A stretch of 27,954 nucleotides of DNA from Patescibacteria group bacterium (GCA_038058445.1 JBBUBB010000022.1:1-27954), one strand, 5' to 3'; shown: positions 16,767 through 25,496, counted from the first letter of the stretch. The notes: a model not told the origin generated them from the letters alone. Translations and numbers: made by a program.

Positions 16767-17570
16767 ATGAAGAGAAAAATATTAGTAAAAAAGGTCACGG
16801 TTACAGGTCCAAACTTTTGGGGGTGGGAATCCAGTATAGATTTTCTCCCTTCAGAGTGGCCAGGATGGTTTATAAGAACAAAGGACGGCAATGTACCGAT
16901 AGACTTCAGAATAGCTTACTCAAAAAAAGGAAGGCTTCAGCTTAAGAAAAATGGTGTAACACTTAATGTTATTGAACATATTATCGCTCTTAAGCTGTTG
17001 GTGGGGCTTGATAATATAATACTCGTTCCACATAACAAATGGCCACCATACCTTGGTGGTGCTGGTGGGTATGCCAAACAATTAGAGGGAGCCTGGAGAC
17101 AGACAGACGACAATTTCCAAACTATAGAACCAAAAAAGGAAAGTACCGTCAGGCTAAACAACGAGCTAGCTACCGAGGTTTCCATAAAGAAATCAAAGGT
17201 AAAGAAGTTAAGCTTAACGGTACACAGCCATTGGAAACCTTTGCCGTCATGCCAACAAACCATAGTTGAGATGGAGTTGGGATTCAGAGAGGATATTTTG
17301 TATGCGAAGCCACAAGGATTCCCTGCTCACAGAGAATATCTTGCTGATCTTTCATCGATATTCGGCTGGCCCAATAAAAAGTATGTGTCCTGGATGAGTA
17401 GTTACAAAAGCTCAATGGACGCTTCGTATGATTGGTGGGCACATGCAGTGCAAGATGCTTTAGGAGCATTGGCACTGTGCCATTACCAAAAAATTCCAGT
17501 TCTTAACCAAGTAAGGTCGTGCGCAGGCCATAAACAAGATTTGGAAGCCATCAGACAATCTTTTTCCTAA
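16767..17570 (+). CDS. Divergent LpxC-like (UDP-3-O-acyl-GlcNAc deacetylase family) zinc hydrolase
   Basis: Colinear with E. coli LpxC motifs: VIEHIIALKLLVGLDNIIL vs TVEHLNAALAGLGIDNIVI; ILYAKPQGF vs ISRARTFGF; WWAHAVQDALGAL vs FVRHKMLDAIGDL; AGHKQD vs SGHALN. Confidence 0.75.
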   Translation: MKRKILVKKVTVTGPNFWGWESSIDFLPSEWPGWFIRTKDGNVPIDFRIAYSKKGRLQLKKNGVTLNVIEHIIALKLLVGLDNIILVPHNKWPPYLGGAGGYAKQLEGAWRQTDDNFQTIEPKKESTVRLNNELATEVSIKKSKVKKLSLTVHSHWKPLPSCQQTIVEMELGFREDILYAKPQGFPAHREYLADLSSIFGWPNKKYVSWMSSYKSSMDASYDWWAHAVQDALGALALCHYQKIPVLNQVRSCAGHKQDLEAIRQSFS

Positions 17571-17573
17571 AAT

Positions 17574-17602
17574 AAAAACCCGGTTATATTCCGGGCTTTT
17601 TT
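17574..17602. terminator. Bidirectional terminator
   Basis: A5-CCCGG-loop-CCGGG-C-T6 immediately after the LpxC-like stop. Confidence 0.7.
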
Positions 17603-17607
17603 ATTTT

Positions 17608-17778
17608 CTAATCAATAATATTGAGACACGGATCTTCGCCCTTCAGCTTACGATACAGAGCATTTCTTTTTTTTGTATCATCCCGCTCTTTCTGTAATTC
17701 TTCTTTTGATTTTATAACTTTTGGTGGAGGACTATCCAATATGTCATATTGGTTAAAGAAAAAACTTGGTGAATACAT
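17608..17778 (-). CDS. Possible 56-aa charged small protein
   Basis: MYSPSFFFNQYDILDSPPPKVIKSKEELQKERDDTKKRNALYRKLKGEDPCLNIID. It has -10-like hexamers upstream and converges on the terminator at 17574-17602. Confidence 0.4.
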   Translation of the reverse strand: MYSPSFFFNQYDILDSPPPKVIKSKEELQKERDDTKKRNALYRKLKGEDPCLNIID

Positions 17779-17934
17779 GGCTTTTAGTTTTTCATACTAT
17801 ACAGTATATATATTATTAGTCAACCTATTTTTGCTTTTCGGGCAAAATACCGTTATAGTACATGCGTACCGAACTGCTGTTTTGACTGCCCTACTACTTT
17901 CAACTTTACAAACTTTTAACTTTAAAAACTCACT

Positions 17935-18525
17935 ATGTTAATACCAACCGTAATCGAAAAAACCTCAGGTGGAGAGCGCGCTTATGATATCTACTCTCGC
18001 CTGCTCAAAGATCGTATTATTTTTGTTGGAGGGTCTATTGATGATCATGTTGCCAACCTTATAATTGCTCAACTTCTTTTTTTAGCTAATGAAGACCCTA
18101 AGAAAGATATTAGTCTTTACATCAATAGCCCAGGAGGATCTGTCACTGCTGGTCTGGCGATTTTAGACACGATGAATTTTATTAAACCAGATGTTTCTAC
18201 TATATGCGTAGGGCTTGCTGCTTCAATGGCTTCGCACTTACTAGCTGCAGGAGCTAAAGGAAAACGTTTTGCGCTTCCAAACTCAGAAATAATGATTCAC
18301 CAACCACACGGAGGGTTTGAGGGGCAAGTGACTGATATTGAAATTACAGCCAAACAAGTAATCAAACTCAAAGCTCGTCTCAATGAAATCTTTGCTAAAA
18401 ATACAGGTCAGAAACTTACACAAATCCAAGCCGACATGGAAAGAGACTTTTACATGGATGCAAGTGAGAGTAAGAAGTACGGCATTATAGATGCGGTTAT
18501 TACCAAAAACCCTGGAATAAATTAA
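17935..18525 (+). CDS. clpP: ATP-dependent Clp protease proteolytic subunit
   Basis: [29 protein letters not shown] (Ser), IMIHQP (His) and MERDFYM (Asp). Confidence 0.98.
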   Translation: MLIPTVIEKTSGGERAYDIYSRLLKDRIIFVGGSIDDHVANLIIAQLLFLANEDPKKDISLYINSPGGSVTAGLAILDTMNFIKPDVSTICVGLAASMASHLLAAGAKGKRFALPNSEIMIHQPHGGFEGQVTDIEITAKQVIKLKARLNEIFAKNTGQKLTQIQADMERDFYMDASESKKYGIIDAVITKNPGIN

Positions 18526-18526
18526 C

Positions 18527-20014
18527 ATGAACCCCTTTCTACTCGCTGCGGGCATGCTCCTTGCTGGAGGCATCATTGGTTATAGTATTCGCGCTGTAAT
18601 ATTTATTCTTCGCAAAAATTCACTTGAACTCACCGTCGGTGAGCGTTTGATGCATGCCAAAGAACAAGCTCAGAAGATAATTGACGAGGCTAGAGAAATC
18701 GAAAAACAGAAAGAGTCAGATCTCAAGGCAACCGAAGATCGTCTGATCAAAAAAGAATCTCTACTTGATCAACGCCAAGGCGAACTCGATAAGCGTGCTG
18801 AACAAATAGAACATAAACAACAAAGCACCGAGTCTCTTTCAAAAGAAGTTGAAGCCTTGGTTGAAGAAAGAGTCAAAGAACTTGAAAAGCTGGCCGGATT
18901 TTCTCGTGAGGATGCAAGGGCTGCACTTATTATCGATATTGAAAAACAATACGAAGAAGACTTAGCGGTTCGTAGTAACAAATTACAATTTCAAATGGAG
19001 GAGTCTCTTAAAGACCAAGCCAAGGAAATACTGATGACTGCTATCCAGCGTCTCTCTGTCCCTACCACCAACGCTCTCACCACTGCCTCTGTAGCTATAC
19101 CAAATGATGATGTGAAGGGTAAAGTCATTGGGAAAGAAGGAAGAAACATTAGAGCTTTTGAACGTGTCGCCGGTGTCGAACTTTTGATCGATGAATCCCC
19201 TGGCGCAATTGTGGTGTCATGTTTTGATCCGGTGCGTAGAGCAATAGCAACAGCGGCTCTGGAAGCACTTGTAAAAGACGGGCGCATCCAACCGGCACGC
19301 ATAGAGGAAGAATTAGAAACTGCCAAGAAAAACATTCACGAAGTTATGAAAGAGAAAGGTGCAGCCGCAGTTTACGAATGTGGTATTTTCAATCTCGATC
19401 CGCGTGTTGTGGCTGTTTTAGGAAGACTTCACTATCGAAGTAGCTACGGACAAAATGTTTTGCAACATTCTATCGAAATGGCACATGTAGCTGGAATGCT
19501 GGCGACCGAGCTCGGTGCCGATGCTTACATCGCCAAGGCTGGCGCACTCGTTCACGACATCGGCAAAGCCCTTGATCATGAATTTGAAGGTACACACATA
19601 GAAATAGGGGTCAAAATGCTTCGCCGGTTTGGCACTGATGAGAGAATTATTTCTGCTATGAAAAGCCATCACGACGATTGCCCACATGAATCCATTGAAG
19701 CCGTCATCGTCCAAACTGCCGATATGATTTCAGGAAGTCGGCCCGGTGCTAGGCGTGATACAGCTGAAATGTATTTGAAAAGATTGGCAGAGCTTGAGTC
19801 CCTTGCTAGCGGTTTCCAAGGAGTTGAAAAAGCCTACGTCCTTCAAGCCGGTCGTGAAATTCGTATCTTCGTCCACCCAGAAGCTATCTCTGATTTGGAA
19901 TCCAAAACTCTAGCGCGAAATATTGCTCTCACCATCGAACGCGACCTCCGCTATCCGGGACAAATCAAAGTAACAATTATAAGAGAGACGAGAATTATTG
20001 ACTACGCAAGATAG
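18527..20014 (+). CDS. rny: Ribonuclease Y
   Basis: N-terminal TM helix, coiled coil, KH domain KGKVIGKEGRNIRAFE, HD domain (HSIE, HDIGK, HHDD, ADMISGSRPGARR) and C-terminal YPGQIKVTIIRETR. Confidence 0.97.
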   Translation: MNPFLLAAGMLLAGGIIGYSIRAVIFILRKNSLELTVGERLMHAKEQAQKIIDEAREIEKQKESDLKATEDRLIKKESLLDQRQGELDKRAEQIEHKQQSTESLSKEVEALVEERVKELEKLAGFSREDARAALIIDIEKQYEEDLAVRSNKLQFQMEESLKDQAKEILMTAIQRLSVPTTNALTTASVAIPNDDVKGKVIGKEGRNIRAFERVAGVELLIDESPGAIVVSCFDPVRRAIATAALEALVKDGRIQPARIEEELETAKKNIHEVMKEKGAAAVYECGIFNLDPRVVAVLGRLHYRSSYGQNVLQHSIEMAHVAGMLATELGADAYIAKAGALVHDIGKALDHEFEGTHIEIGVKMLRRFGTDERIISAMKSHHDDCPHESIEAVIVQTADMISGSRPGARRDTAEMYLKRLAELESLASGFQGVEKAYVLQAGREIRIFVHPEAISDLESKTLARNIALTIERDLRYPGQIKVTIIRETRIIDYAR

Positions 20015-20018
20015 ACGA

Positions 20019-20393
20019 CTAAGGCAACCAACTGAAAAGTGAGCCCAGAAAGGTTCTCTTTATTTTCGGTTTTGGTGGGATCGTTTTCTCTAATTTTGAT
20101 AACTCTTCTTTCTTTTTGTTTAAGAGTTCCGGCGTTATTTCTGTGTCTCCATCCCCAAGATAAACAGTGGTCGGCACTACAGGTGGATAGTCTCTATCTG
20201 TATTTGCTTTTGCCTGTAATTTCTCTTCCATCTCAGCAATTTCTTCGTTCAGCTTTGAAACTTTTTCCTTGACTAGTCCTTCATCTTCTTTGGTAACCAC
20301 CGGATTTAACTTACCCTCTATCGAAACAACAGGCGCAAGGTCTTCTACTTTATTGAGATTATTTACCTCACTATTTAATGCTTCCTGTCCCAT
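20019..20393 (-). CDS. Hypothetical charged coiled-coil protein (start probably 20393, MGQEAL)
   Basis: Open frame with protein-like Glu/Lys composition. TGGTATACT lies 10 nt upstream of 20393. The longer start runs through a terminator hairpin. Confidence 0.6.
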   Translation of the reverse strand: MGQEALNSEVNNLNKVEDLAPVVSIEGKLNPVVTKEDEGLVKEKVSKLNEEIAEMEEKLQAKANTDRDYPPVVPTTVYLGDGDTEITPELLNKKKEELSKLEKTIPPKPKIKRTFLGSLFSWLP

Positions 20394-20424
20394 ATATTTA
20401 CTAAGTATACCAACATCCCCACCC

Positions 20425-20458
20425 AAACAAAAACCCCGCACTGGCGGGGTTTTTGTTT
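20425..20458. terminator. Intrinsic terminator, perfect 15-bp stem
   Basis: AAACAAAAACCCCGC-ACTG-GCGGGGTTTTTGTTT, 2 nt from the stop of the 20461-20652 gene. Confidence 0.85.
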
Positions 20459-20460
20459 AA

Positions 20461-20652
20461 TTAGTTATTTCCTAAGCCATTTACTGCATCTTGATATTCT
20501 TGATTACTCAAGAAAGCCATAGTCCCATCTGGAAGTTTCTGAAGAGATCTAGGGTTTCCATCGGCATCAAGATTACTTGCTTTTTCAAGGTCAACAGCGC
20601 TTCCTTTTGGCTTTTGATTATCATCTTTTGGTGATTGATTTGGGTTAAACAT
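20461..20652 (-). CDS. 63-aa hydrophilic hypothetical protein
   Basis: Has an upstream TGCTATAAT promoter and its own terminator. Confidence 0.6.
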   Translation of the reverse strand: MFNPNQSPKDDNQKPKGSAVDLEKASNLDADGNPRSLQKLPDGTMAFLSNQEYQDAVNGLGNN

Positions 20653-20656
20653 GTAT

Positions 20657-20684
20657 TTGACAAATTATTTAAATATGTTAGGAT
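20657..20684 (+). promoter_or_regulatory. Sigma70-type promoter of the ClpP-like gene, overlapping a divergent promoter
   Basis: TTGACA-N16-TAGGAT with an extended TG. Confidence 0.55.
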
Positions 20685-20704
20685 TATAGCAAATTTTAAT
20701 CTAT

Positions 20705-21202
20705 ATGGCAAGTATTCCTCTTGTTGGGAAATTGACTGTGCAGAGGGCTCGTTCATTAATTATTCAGCTAAAGGAAGCTTCTTTGTCATCAAACGTACTC
20801 TATCTTCAAATTAAATCACACGGTGGAAGACTAAGAGCATATGCAGAAATAGCAAATGCTATGTTGGAACTTTCACAAAAAGGTGTGAAGTTTATCGGTC
20901 AAGCAGACGAGGTAGGATCCGCTGCAATGCTAGTCTACTTAAACTGTGATGAACGGTGGGTAAGACCTGGTAGTGGTGGCTTCATTCACTTACCAATACC
21001 TAATAATAAAAAAATGTCAGAAGAGAGTGTGACGCTTGAAAGACAAAAGATAGTTAACTTTATTTCGGAGAGAACTGGACTTTCAAGTGAAAAAATTATT
21101 TCGCTTGATAATATCCCCCTCTTATCAAATGAAATGGTTGTGTATAGAATAGCAACCAAAAAGGTTCCAAGCTTTTCTTTAACACCAGTCGAGCCTGTTT
21201 AA
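20705..21202 (+). CDS. Divergent ClpP/crotonase-fold peptidase (second ClpP-family gene)
   Basis: LQIKSHGG matches YINSPGG, VGSAAM retains the catalytic Ser, ERWVRPGS matches KRFALPNS, and FIHLP retains the catalytic His. 165 aa. Confidence 0.75.
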   Translation: MASIPLVGKLTVQRARSLIIQLKEASLSSNVLYLQIKSHGGRLRAYAEIANAMLELSQKGVKFIGQADEVGSAAMLVYLNCDERWVRPGSGGFIHLPIPNNKKMSEESVTLERQKIVNFISERTGLSSEKIISLDNIPLLSNEMVVYRIATKKVPSFSLTPVEPV

Positions 21203-21219
21203 CAGGTTCGGCTTTTTTT
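21187..21219 (+). terminator. Intrinsic terminator overlapping the stop of the ClpP-like gene
   Basis: 12-bp stem AGTCGAGCCTGT/ACAGGTTCGGCT followed by a T tract. Confidence 0.8.
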
Positions 21220-21241
21220 ATTTGCGCGGTATACTGAGGAC

Positions 21242-23962
21242 ATGTTAGCTCCTAAGGAAACTTTTGAATCCCAAGAACAAGAAATAGCCCATATCGCCAA
21301 TGAATCTCAAAAGGCCTATGTGCTTCAAGAGGGCGGCTCCAAGAGCCCTGAGAGCGCTACCCGGGAAACAATAGAAGAGTACGCTCAGGGACAAGCCAAA
21401 GACTTCTTGCACGAAGCTAGAACCCTCCCAGAACATGAAGCTGAAAGAATCGTCCTACGGTTAAAACCAGAAACCCACGACAAAAAGATAGAAGAGCTCT
21501 TCGGTACCATGATAGAGAAAGGTATCAAGAATGCACTCGATGTAGTGAAGAAAATGAACGACCCTCACCTTGAGGATGATTTCCACCGCTTTCTAGTGCA
21601 GTATTTACACACTATCGGAGCAATCCCGGGGCTGAAAGAAAATGAAGGTTTATACAAAGATTTAAACCACACACTTTTTTCGGTTGTCTTACCTAGTGAA
21701 CCAAGCACAGACAAAGTTGATGACTTCAAAAAGAAGGTCGCTGCCATGGCACAATTTTATACTAGCTTGGTTTCTTTGGTAGGGCTCGATAATACGATTT
21801 CAATAGAACTCGCAGTAGAACACAATCGAAAAGATATCGTGGTCTATGTAGCAGTACCCAAACTTTTGGTGGATGGTTTTGGCAAGTTAGTTTACTCATT
21901 TTTCCCAGGAGCAATAGTCGATGAAGTCGTTGATGACTACAATATTTTTTCCGTCGAGGCTCACTCTTTCTCAGCGAGTGTCGCTCATCTAAAGGAGACA
22001 CCTTACCAACCCCTTAAGACTTATCTCGATTTCGAAAACGACCCCTTTATGGCTATTTTGGGCGCTCTCTCTCAAATTGCTGAAACCGCTGAAGGTTGTG
22101 CTGTCCAAATGGTTCTTTCTGAAAGCCACAATAGAATAGCTGAACGCAATAATCATATTTTGACTGAAGCACTAAACGGTAGTGGGACAGTCAAGGATCT
22201 TTATAAAAAAGCAACAGAAGGAGTTCTAGGAGGGCTGGCCAAAGAAGCCTTCAGTTTATTCAAAAAACCAATAGAAAAAGAGGAGCATGAAAAGAAAATA
22301 GACAACGAGGGTATTGAGCTTCTGAAAAAGAAAAATGATTCTCGCATTGTCCAAGCTACTATCAGAATAGTATCCTCAGCGACCTCACCACAGAGAGCCA
22401 AACACATCAGAGAATCCATCGAGGCACCATTTGGACAGTTTTCATACATTGGTGGGAATGCAATAAAATGGCAAGAGTCCCAAGGCAAAGACCTGATCGA
22501 GACATGCAAGGCTTTTTCTTTTAGAAACCAAGCCGAAAAGTCACTTGAGCTTTCACTAAACGAGGCTTCTTCCTTGGTTCACTTCCCTATTGGCACATCT
22601 TCACCACACGAACTTAAAGAAAAGGACGCTACCTCTGCACCAGCCCCATCTTTTCCAAGTAATTTAGGTATTCATCTGGGTACAAATACTTTCAAGGGGC
22701 AGAAGACGGATATTGTTTTTGCTAAAGAGGACCGTGTAAGACATTGTTATGTTATCGGACAAACAGGTACTGGTAAAACTGTCATGTTAAAAAATATGAT
22801 CATCCAAGATATCAAAAACGGTGACGGCGTTTGCTTTATTGACCCACACGGTACCGACATTGAACACATTCTGGCCAATATTCCTGCTGATCGTATAGAC
22901 GATGTCATTTACTTCGACCCTGCCTATACAGCAAGGCCTATGGGGCTCAACATGCTTGAGTACGATATAAATTACCCAGAACAAAAAATATTTGTCATCA
23001 ACGAGCTCCTAAGCATATTCAACAAACTCTTTGATATGAAAACTGCTGGCGGCCCAGCTTTTGAACAGTATTTCCGTAACTCTGCCGGTCTTGTTATGGA
23101 GGATCCGGAAAGTGGTTCTACCCTACTTGAGATTAGTCGGGTCATGAGTGATAAGGCCTTTCGAACACTCAAATTGTCGAAATGTAAAAACCCAATCATC
23201 AAAGCCTTCTGGGAAAACGCTGAGAAAACTACTGGTGAAGCCTCGCTGGCCAACTTTGTGCCATATATCACCAACAAGTTTGATCCATTTGTTTCCAACG
23301 ATATCATGCGCCCTGTCATTGCCCAACAGCACAGCGTGCTCAACTTCCGAGAAATTATGGATAAAAAGAAAATCCTTTTGGTGAACCTCTCAAAAGGCAG
23401 GCTTGGCGATATAAACTCAAACCTTATTGGACTTTTATTGGTTGGCAAAATCACCATGGCCGCGCTTTCTCGTGTCGACATTGTTGGCAAAGGCCCAGTC
23501 AATGACTTTTATCTTTACATTGATGAGTTTCAAAATGTCACAACTGATTCCATTGCTACCATCTTGTCAGAGGCCCGTAAGTATCGTCTTTCACTCACAG
23601 TGGCACACCAATATATTGAACAACTTGAAGAAAAAATAAAAGATGCGGTCTTCGGTAATGTTGGCACAATGATTATCCACAGAGTGAGCCCAGAAAATGC
23701 TGTAATTTTTGAAAAGCAATTGGCTCCAACATTTACCCCTGAAGACATCCTCAAACTTGAAAACCTAAATTGCTATATCAAAATGTTAGTTGGTGGTGTA
23801 CCAGTTAAGGCTTTCAATTCTGTAACACCATATCCACCAAAAGGAAATCCTGAGATTGTTGAGAAGATCAAAGAACTTTCATACCTCAAATATGGCAGAC
23901 CACGAGAAGAAGTCGAAGCTGAAATCATGGTTCGCTACCAAGCCCGCACCAATCCCTCATAA
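21242..23962 (+). CDS. VirD4/TraG/TrwB-like (HerA/FtsK superfamily) ATPase with a long N-terminal extension
   Basis: Walker A YVIGQTGTGKT, FIDPHG, Walker B LYIDEFQN and LSEARKYRLSLTVAHQ. TATACT lies 6 nt before the ATG. Confidence 0.85.
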   Translation: MLAPKETFESQEQEIAHIANESQKAYVLQEGGSKSPESATRETIEEYAQGQAKDFLHEARTLPEHEAERIVLRLKPETHDKKIEELFGTMIEKGIKNALDVVKKMNDPHLEDDFHRFLVQYLHTIGAIPGLKENEGLYKDLNHTLFSVVLPSEPSTDKVDDFKKKVAAMAQFYTSLVSLVGLDNTISIELAVEHNRKDIVVYVAVPKLLVDGFGKLVYSFFPGAIVDEVVDDYNIFSVEAHSFSASVAHLKETPYQPLKTYLDFENDPFMAILGALSQIAETAEGCAVQMVLSESHNRIAERNNHILTEALNGSGTVKDLYKKATEGVLGGLAKEAFSLFKKPIEKEEHEKKIDNEGIELLKKKNDSRIVQATIRIVSSATSPQRAKHIRESIEAPFGQFSYIGGNAIKWQESQGKDLIETCKAFSFRNQAEKSLELSLNEASSLVHFPIGTSSPHELKEKDATSAPAPSFPSNLGIHLGTNTFKGQKTDIVFAKEDRVRHCYVIGQTGTGKTVMLKNMIIQDIKNGDGVCFIDPHGTDIEHILANIPADRIDDVIYFDPAYTARPMGLNMLEYDINYPEQKIFVINELLSIFNKLFDMKTAGGPAFEQYFRNSAGLVMEDPESGSTLLEISRVMSDKAFRTLKLSKCKNPIIKAFWENAEKTTGEASLANFVPYITNKFDPFVSNDIMRPVIAQQHSVLNFREIMDKKKILLVNLSKGRLGDINSNLIGLLLVGKITMAALSRVDIVGKGPVNDFYLYIDEFQNVTTDSIATILSEARKYRLSLTVAHQYIEQLEEKIKDAVFGNVGTMIIHRVSPENAVIFEKQLAPTFTPEDILKLENLNCYIKMLVGGVPVKAFNSVTPYPPKGNPEIVEKIKELSYLKYGRPREEVEAEIMVRYQARTNPS

Positions 23963-24030
23963 ACCACATAATGAAAGGAATTACTGCCCCGCGTAGCGCA
24001 CGCGAAGTGGAGGTGCTATTATGGGTGCAT

Positions 24031-24861
24031 ATGATAGAAAAAATCCCACCAGAATTAGAAAGTAATATTGAACAAATTGACCATTCTGAACATCAAAACT
24101 TGGGGCCAGAAAGGGTGACTGCGATAGAAGGAGTTGGTTTGAGCCAAAAAGAAATTGATGAAATAGAAAGACTCGAACACCATCTAAAATACGAGGCTAG
24201 TAAAGAGAGTAAGGATGAGAATAAGAAACATAACAATGCTGGGGTACTTTATGGCACCAATAAAGCCCATAAGCAACCGGGTAGACTCAAAAAATGGGCA
24301 GTAGCAGCCTTTGCTGGGCTTCTAAGTCTTGGCGCCTCGGCCAAAGAATCAAAGAATCCTGAAGATAGCCTAAAAAATAAAATGCCAATTGAAAAAATCA
24401 ATCCAGCTGATTCAGTAGAGGTAAGAAGTGGGCTAGATCTAAAAAAATACGAACAGTATGGAATTTCAAGAATCGATGAATTGAAATCAGAAGACTCAAC
24501 CAAACACTTGTTTCTTGTTTCTGTAGAAAAGTACAAGAATTACAACGATATGTTAAGGGCACTTGAAAAAGCTGGTTTAACCCCTGCTTCAACAGAAGAA
24601 ATGGGTAAGGCGTTAGAGAAAAACTCAGAGATATTCAAAAAACATGTCTCTGTTATATCCCTTGATGAGGTTGTGAACAAGCTCGGTAAGCCAAGCTTTA
24701 ACACTATAAATTGGGATAAAAAAGCAAACACATTTCATGGTGGGTCACGCGAAATAGATGCGGGGATAGATGATGACTACGACAACTATGGGATTATAGT
24801 TGAGATCCCTGTCGACAAGAAGGATACAAATTACTCTTCGGGTATAGCAAAAAATAAATAA
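24031..24861 (+). CDS. Hypothetical protein with an internal signal/TM segment (start 24031; 23971 possible)
   Basis: Acidic N-terminal region, then RLKKWAVAAFAGLLSLGASA and a globular C-terminal part. TGCTATTAT lies 8 nt before 24031. Confidence 0.7.
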   Translation: MIEKIPPELESNIEQIDHSEHQNLGPERVTAIEGVGLSQKEIDEIERLEHHLKYEASKESKDENKKHNNAGVLYGTNKAHKQPGRLKKWAVAAFAGLLSLGASAKESKNPEDSLKNKMPIEKINPADSVEVRSGLDLKKYEQYGISRIDELKSEDSTKHLFLVSVEKYKNYNDMLRALEKAGLTPASTEEMGKALEKNSEIFKKHVSVISLDEVVNKLGKPSFNTINWDKKANTFHGGSREIDAGIDDDYDNYGIIVEIPVDKKDTNYSSGIAKNK

Positions 24862-24869
24862 AAGCATAA

Positions 24870-24892
24870 AGCCGCCCCTCCTCTGGGCGGCT
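24870..24892. terminator. Terminator hairpin between convergent genes
   Basis: AGCCGCCC/GGGCGGCT 8-bp stem. Confidence 0.65.
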
Positions 24893-24905
24893 AATTGGTT
24901 TGTTT

Positions 24906-25031
24906 TTATTTTAATAAGGAAAGCTTTTTTCTTAATTCTTTTTCTTCTTTTATTGATTTGTAGAGCAAAATACTCGCCACCACAATTTCAATAAATAAAA
25001 GAGCAACGAAAATGTAAACTAAAGTTATCAT
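24906..25031 (-). CDS. 41-aa single-TM small protein (not in the ORF track)
   Basis: MITLVYIFVALLFIEIVVASILLYKSIKEEKELRKKLSLLK, with its own TTGACA-N17-TATTAT promoter. Confidence 0.6.
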   Translation of the reverse strand: MITLVYIFVALLFIEIVVASILLYKSIKEEKELRKKLSLLK

Positions 25032-25053
25032 TTGGATACGATTTGTTTGTTTT

Positions 25054-25082
25054 ATAATAACCTAAAACTCTTATTTTGTCAA
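25054..25082 (-). promoter_or_regulatory. Near-consensus sigma70 promoter of the 41-aa ORF
   Basis: TTGACA at 25082-25077, a 17-nt spacer, and TATTAT at 25059-25054. Confidence 0.7.
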
Positions 25083-25084
25083 TT

Positions 25085-25112
25085 TTGCATCAAAAAAGCC
25101 TTGCTATATAAT
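25085..25112 (+). promoter_or_regulatory. Sigma70 promoter of hup, back-to-back with the divergent promoter
   Basis: TTGCAT-N16-TATAAT. Confidence 0.65.
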
Positions 25113-25191
25113 GGTGAGAGCGTAAAGCCCCAAGCTTACACGCTCTGACGAAATTATCAGACGAATTCCCAATTTGGGAAAAATAATAATT

Positions 25192-25464
25192 ATGAACAAA
25201 GCAGCACTTGTTGAACTCGTACACAGTATCGTTGGTGGTACCAAGGTACAAGCTGAAGAAGTCATTGAGAACATTATCGGTAGCATCACCAAGACACTCA
25301 AAAAGGGTGAGGAGGTATCTATCGCTGGTCTCGGAATCTTCTCTGTGAAGACCCGCGCAGCTCGTACTGCTCGCAACCCAAAGACTGGTGAGCCAGTAAA
25401 GGTAGCAGCAGCTCGTGTGCCTCGTTTCCGCGCAGCTAAGGCCCTCAAAGACGCCGTTAAATAG
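25192..25464 (+). CDS. hup: DNA-binding protein HU (start corrected to the ATG at 25192)
   Basis: 90 aa: MNKAALVELV...GEEVSIAGLGIFSV...RTARNPKTGE...PRFRAAKALKDAVK. Confidence 0.97.
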   Translation: MNKAALVELVHSIVGGTKVQAEEVIENIIGSITKTLKKGEEVSIAGLGIFSVKTRAARTARNPKTGEPVKVAAARVPRFRAAKALKDAVK

Positions 25465-25496
25465 CATCTCCCTGAGCTCAGGAAAATGCATACAGG

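Noticed and set aside
21242-23962. Conjugative element or ICE
   Set aside because: No relaxase, VirB genes, integrase or bounding att repeats; the context is housekeeping.
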